Shown: positions 25,070-29,066 of the stretch, one piece after another
Position numbering within the stretch: position 1 is the stretch's first letter
Layout: each line of letters begins with the position of its first letter
IMG/VR virus record: IMGVR_UViG_3300038336_000027
Span: 1 to 29,066 of that record
Strand: one strand, 5' to 3'
From: a virus
Lineage: Duplodnaviria > Caudoviricetes
DNA length: 29,066 bases
Notes under the pieces: generated by a model
Told to the model about the DNA's origin: nothing
The model's input: the letters and a program-made list of their open reading frames with translations, nothing else
Database searches by the model: none
Program-made: the position numbers and the translations under genes

Positions 25070-25378
25070 ATGAGCGACAAGACCGAGACCGCCGCCGCCC
25101 CCAAGGATGCCGAGACCCGCACGATCACCCTGCCCGCATCGGGTCAGGTGGTGGTGCTGCGCAAGGGCAAGGGGCGCGACATGCGCGTGGCCGCGCGCCA
25201 TGTGAACCCGGCGCAGGACCCGATCGGCTATTCGATGGCGCTGGCGGCGGCGCTGGCCACGATCGACGGCAATGCGGTGCTGCCCGAGGATCTGGACGAG
25301 ATGGACATGGAGGACGTGACGGCGATCATGGGTGGCCTGCCGGGAAAATCCCTACCCCAAGGGATGCCTTCGCCCTGA
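25070..25378 (+). CDS. Tail assembly chaperone (gpE-like)
   Basis: AAGGA RBS; ITLP.SG..V.LR..KGRD...EDL.EMD.ED; position before the tape measure gene. Confidence 0.85.
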   Translation: MSDKTETAAAPKDAETRTITLPASGQVVVLRKGKGRDMRVAARHVNPAQDPIGYSMALAAALATIDGNAVLPEDLDEMDMEDVTAIMGGLPGKSLPQGMPSP

Positions 25379-25509
25379 TCACGGTGACGAAATGGTCGGC
25401 GGCCGAGGTGGACGGGATGGAGATCACCGACCTCAACGACTGGATCGAAGAGGCCGTCGATCACGCAAAGGCGGTCAGGAACGCTCGCGAAGCCGCGCAG
25501 TCTTCTTAG
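25342..25509 (+). CDS. -1 frameshift extension of tail chaperone (E+E'/GT-like)
   Basis: In-frame slippery G GGA AAA (25342-25348); -1 frame IPTPRDAFALITVTKWSAAEVDGMEITDLNDWIEEA... to TAG at 25509. Confidence 0.85.
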   Translation, partial: GKIPTPRDAFALITVTKWSAAEVDGMEITDLNDWIEEAVDHAKAVRNAREAAQSS

Positions 25510-25702
25510 CTTCCATCGCAGCGACATCTGCCTTGCCTTGCTCGACGCCCTTGCGGATCCCGTCGCGCGCGGCGGCAACGAGACCGCGCCCGGCCCAGAC
25601 AGAGCCGCGCGCGGTCATGAAGATCGCCTTCACCCCGACATAGGCCAGCCCCAGCAGGGCACCCACACCGAAGAGGACGAAGAACAGCATCAGGATTTCC
25701 AT
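25475..25702 (-). CDS. Antisense small membrane protein (moron)
   Basis: GAGGT RBS, N-terminal TM, basic tail; own promoter. Confidence 0.8.
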   Translation of the reverse strand: MEILMLFFVLFGVGALLGLAYVGVKAIFMTARGSVWAGRGLVAAARDGIRKGVEQGKADVAAMEAKKTARLRERS

Positions 25703-25729
25703 CGTACCACCTCTCGTTTGTCACCAAGG

Positions 25730-25759
25730 ATACTAAACCGGAATGGACAGCATATTCAA
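25730..25759 (-). promoter_or_regulatory. Sigma70-like promoter for the antisense moron
   Basis: TTGAAT (25759-25754), 18 bp spacer, TAGTAT (25735-25730). Confidence 0.6.
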
Positions 25760-28700
25760 CCTTTCGGTGATCATCGCCGCCGTTGACAATCTGACCGGCC
25801 CGGTTCGGAACATGGCACGATCGATGGAGGGGCTGGACCGGATGGCCGATCGCGGCCGTCAAATGCAGGACTGGGGCACCCGCATGTCGATCGCGGGGGC
25901 GATGACAGACGCGGCTGCAAGCCGGATCATGTCGGCCATCAACGGGCCGATCGATGCGGCGGCGGATTTCGAGCAGTCCATGGCGCTGGTGCGCGCCGTC
26001 ACCGCCAACATCACCGGCGACGAGTTCGCGGCGCTGTCGGCGCAGGCGCGCGATCTGGGCGCCACCACCGCCTTTTCTGCCAGCCAGGCCGCCGAGGGCA
26101 TGGGGTTTCTGGCGCGGGCGGGCTTTGATGCGCAGGAACAGATGGCGGCAATGCCGTCGATGCTGTCGCTGGCGCGCGCGGGCGCGGTCGATCTGGCCAC
26201 CACCGCCGATATCGCCTCGAACATCCTGTCGGGTTTTGGCCTCGATGCCGCCGAGATGACCCGCGTGGCCGATGTGATGGTGGCCACCTTCACCACCGCC
26301 AATACCGACATCCCGATGCTGGGCGACACGATGAAGTATATCGCGCCGGTCGCGCGCGCCGCCGGTATGAGCCTGGAAGAGGCCGCCGCGATGGCGGGCC
26401 TTCTGGGTAATGCTGGTATCCAGTCAAGCCAGGCGGGCACCACGCTGCGCTCGATGCTGCAGCGCCTGGCTGCGCCGTCGCGCGAGGCGGCTGCCGCACT
26501 GGATGCGATGGGCGTGTCGGTCGCGGACGAGAACGGCAACATGCGTTCGATGGTCACCATCCTGGGCGAGGTAGGCGATGCGATCGGCGGGCTTGGCAGC
26601 CAGCAGCAGCTTGAGATCATCGGCACGATCTTCGGGCGCGAGGCGGCGGCGGGTGCGGCCGAGATGCTGGCGCAGGGCGTGGCGATCGGGGATTACGTCG
26701 ACCAGCTGATGAATGCACAGGGTCGCGCGGCGCAAGTGGCAGCCGAGATGGGCGACAACTTCCGGGGCCTGCAGACCGAGTTCAGCTCGGCGCTGGAGGG
26801 GCTGAACATCTCGCTGGGCACGCTGCTGCTGCCGATCCTGAGTGATGTGGTGCGCATCGCGACCTCGGTGGTGCAGGCACTGATGGGCTGGGCCGAGGCC
26901 AATCCAACGCTGGCGGGGCTGGCGATGCGCGCGGCCCTTCTCGGTGGGCTGGTGCTGGCAGTGGTCGCGCCGATCCTGTCGGTGGTGGGCGGGTTTGCCA
27001 TGATGGCCGGGATCGGGCTGCAGGCCCTGGCGGCGCTTGGCACGGGGTTCGTCTGGCTGCTTCCGAAGATTTGGGCTGCGACGGGCGGCATCTTCATGTT
27101 TGGCGCGCGCCTTATCACTGTTGCGGCTGCCGCCATCCCGTCCTTCATCTCCGGGCTTCTGGCGCTGGGGGCTGCGGCGGCGGGCCGGGTGGTGGCGGGG
27201 TTGCGCGCGGCGGCGGTGGCGGCGCGGGCGTTCGGTCTGGCGCTGCTGGCCAATCCGATCGGGCTGGTGGTGGCGGCGATCGCGGCGGCGGCACTGCTGG
27301 TCTGGTATTACTGGGAGCCGATCTCGGCCTTCTTCATCGACCTCTGGGCCGATGTTCAAACGGCGTTTGAAGGGTTTTCAAGCTGGGTGACAAGCTGGTG
27401 GTCGCGGGTCACCAGCTGGCTGACGCAGGGGCTGGATTGGGCGCGCATGATCCCGAGCCTGAGCTGGGCCGATTTCGTGGGGCTGCTGACCTGGTCGAAC
27501 TTCCTGACCGCGCTCGACTGGCTGAGCTGGCTGATGCCGCTGCGCTGGCTTGACTTCATTCCGGGGTTCAGCTGGGCCGGGATCATCGGCGCGGTGCTGG
27601 ACTGGGCCGACTGGATCACCTCGCTCAGCTGGTCCGAGTTCGTGGCGCTGTTCACCTGGGACAATGCACTGCAGGTGCTCGACTGGCTGTCATGGGTTTC
27701 ACCCCTGCGCTGGCTCGACCTGATCCCCGGCTTCAGCTGGTCGGCCGTCATCGGCGGGGCGCTGGACTGGGGCCAGTGGATCACCGGCCTGTCGTGGTCC
27801 GAGTTCGTCGACCTCTTCACCTGGGACAATGCGCTGCAGGTGCTGGACTGGGTGTCGTGGGTCTCGCCCCTGCGCTGGCTGGATTTCATCCCCGGCTTCA
27901 GCTGGGCCGCGATCATCGACAGCGCGCTCGACTGGGGTGCCTGGGTGGCGGCGCTGGACTGGGCGGCCTATGCGCCCGCGCTGTCGTGGTCGGGCGTGGT
28001 GAGCGTGCTCGACTGGGCGTCGTGGATCCTGCCGCCCCGCTGGCTCGACCTGATCCCCGGCTTCAGCTGGTCGGCCGTCATCGGCAGCGCCCTTGACTGG
28101 GGTCAGTGGATCACCGGCCTGTCGTGGTCCGAGTTCGTCGGCCTCTTCACCTGGGGCAATGCGCTGCAGGTTCTGGACTGGGTGTCGTGGGTCTCGCCCC
28201 TGCGCTGGCTGGATTTCATCCCCGGCTTCAGCTGGGCCGCGATCATCGACAGCGCGCTCGACTGGGGTGCGTGGGTGGTGGCGCTGGACTGGGCAGTCTA
28301 TGTCCCGAGCCTCAATCTGTCCGGGGTCATCACGGGCGCGATCGACTGGCTGGCATGGGTCTCGCCGCTCAACTGGCTGGACTACATCCCGACCTTCAGC
28401 TGGTCCGATGTCCTGCCCGACATGCCCGCGCTCGACTGGTCGGCGGTGGCGGCCGGGATGCAGGCCCCGTTCGACACCGCCTTTGCGGGCATCACTGCGA
28501 TCTGGGACGGGCTGCGCAGCCTCTTTGCCTGGTCGCCCCTTGAGACGATCCGCGAAGCCTTCGGCGGCATTGGCGAGACGGTGGTCGGCATCATCTCGGG
28601 CGCGGCCGATATGGCGGGGGCCGCATGGAACCGGCTGTCCGCGATCTTCTCCAGCGGCGATGCGGCCGAGATGGCGATCCGCGATCCGGCCTCGATCGAG

Positions 28701-29066
28701 CGCGCACAGGCCGCCGTCGAGGCGCTGGCCGCCGCCCTTGAGCGGCTTGAGGTTGTGAGCTTTGCGCCCGCGCAGGCGGGCGTCGAGGCGGTGGGCGTGG
28801 CGGCCGGTCAGTCGATCGCCCAGGCAGGCGGCATCCCGGCGGCGGCCGAGGCTGCGATCCGCACCGCCACCTCTGTGCTGCAGGGTGTGTCCTTCCGCTC
28901 GCATGGCATCGCCTTCATGCGCACGCTGGCCGAAGGCATTCGCGCCGGGGCGGCGCAGGCGATAGAGGCCACGCGCGAAACTGTCCAGGCCATGCGCGAC
29001 CACCTGCCGCATTCGCCCGCGAAGATCGGCCCGCTGTCGGATCTGGACCGGGTGCGGTTTTCTGAA
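25743..29066 (+). CDS. Tail tape measure protein (TP901-type core), partial, >1108 aa
   Basis: MDSIFNLSVIIAAVDNLTGP...FEQSMA..RAV...TTAFSASQAAEGM.FLARAG...LANPIGL...LPHSPAKIGPLSDL. Absent from the ORF track, presumably because its stop lies outside the window. Confidence 0.93.
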   Translation, partial: MDSIFNLSVIIAAVDNLTGPVRNMARSMEGLDRMADRGRQMQDWGTRMSIAGAMTDAAASRIMSAINGPIDAAADFEQSMALVRAVTANITGDEFAALSAQARDLGATTAFSASQAAEGMGFLARAGFDAQEQMAAMPSMLSLARAGAVDLATTADIASNILSGFGLDAAEMTRVADVMVATFTTANTDIPMLGDTMKYIAPVARAAGMSLEEAAAMAGLLGNAGIQSSQAGTTLRSMLQRLAAPSREAAAALDAMGVSVADENGNMRSMVTILGEVGDAIGGLGSQQQLEIIGTIFGREAAAGAAEMLAQGVAIGDYVDQLMNAQGRAAQVAAEMGDNFRGLQTEFSSALEGLNISLGTLLLPILSDVVRIATSVVQALMGWAEANPTLAGLAMRAALLGGLVLAVVAPILSVVGGFAMMAGIGLQALAALGTGFVWLLPKIWAATGGIFMFGARLITVAAAAIPSFISGLLALGAAAAGRVVAGLRAAAVAARAFGLALLANPIGLVVAAIAAAALLVWYYWEPISAFFIDLWADVQTAFEGFSSWVTSWWSRVTSWLTQGLDWARMIPSLSWADFVGLLTWSNFLTALDWLSWLMPLRWLDFIPGFSWAGIIGAVLDWADWITSLSWSEFVALFTWDNALQVLDWLSWVSPLRWLDLIPGFSWSAVIGGALDWGQWITGLSWSEFVDLFTWDNALQVLDWVSWVSPLRWLDFIPGFSWAAIIDSALDWGAWVAALDWAAYAPALSWSGVVSVLDWASWILPPRWLDLIPGFSWSAVIGSALDWGQWITGLSWSEFVGLFTWGNALQVLDWVSWVSPLRWLDFIPGFSWAAIIDSALDWGAWVVALDWAVYVPSLNLSGVITGAIDWLAWVSPLNWLDYIPTFSWSDVLPDMPALDWSAVAAGMQAPFDTAFAGITAIWDGLRSLFAWSPLETIREAFGGIGETVVGIISGAADMAGAAWNRLSAIFSSGDAAEMAIRDPASIERAQAAVEALAAALERLEVVSFAPAQAGVEAVGVAAGQSIAQAGGIPAAAEAAIRTATSVLQGVSFRSHGIAFMRTLAEGIRAGAAQAIEATRETVQAMRDHLPHSPAKIGPLSDLDRVRFSE
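27540..28400 (+). repeat. 165-bp (55-aa) Trp-rich tandem repeats in tape measure
   Basis: Units start at 27540, 27705, 27870, 28035, 28200 and 28368 (xRWLDxIPGFSW...). Confidence 0.9.

Larger units (their letters stand above)
124..29066 (+). mobile_element. Mu-like transposable prophage (left end to tape measure; continues beyond window)
   Basis: TG terminus at the csp junction, end repeats, and repressor-ner-A-B, gemA, mor, gp25-gp37-like genes in Mu order. Confidence 0.97.

Noticed and set aside
27540-28400. Repeats as a CRISPR array or DGR TR/VR pair
   Set aside because: In-frame coding tandem repeats without unique spacers; differences are not adenine-specific.

Overview
GC-rich alphaproteobacterial (Rhodobacteraceae-like, inferred) DNA containing the left ~29 kb of an apparently intact transposable Mu-like prophage. 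It starts at a TG end (124) that interrupts a host cold-shock-protein gene. Order: end repeats; CI/S24-type repressor; operator region; ner; accessory early genes (HU, tandem GcrA-like HTH, embedded antisense gene); transposase A and ATPase B; DUF3164; C-type-lectin-fold protein; gemA; Mor/C-like activator; lysis cassette; Mu-type terminase, portal, head and connector genes; P2-like contractile sheath and tube; frameshifted tail chaperone; tape measure running off the window. The most striking locus is 8519-9815. A non-tail early-region gene ends in a DGR-type variable repeat with an IMH-like segment and GAAA hairpin, and is followed immediately by a complete type II (pseudoknotted) hammerhead ribozyme; I saw no template repeat or reverse transcriptase in the window. 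All family assignments come from motif recognition by eye, not database searches.
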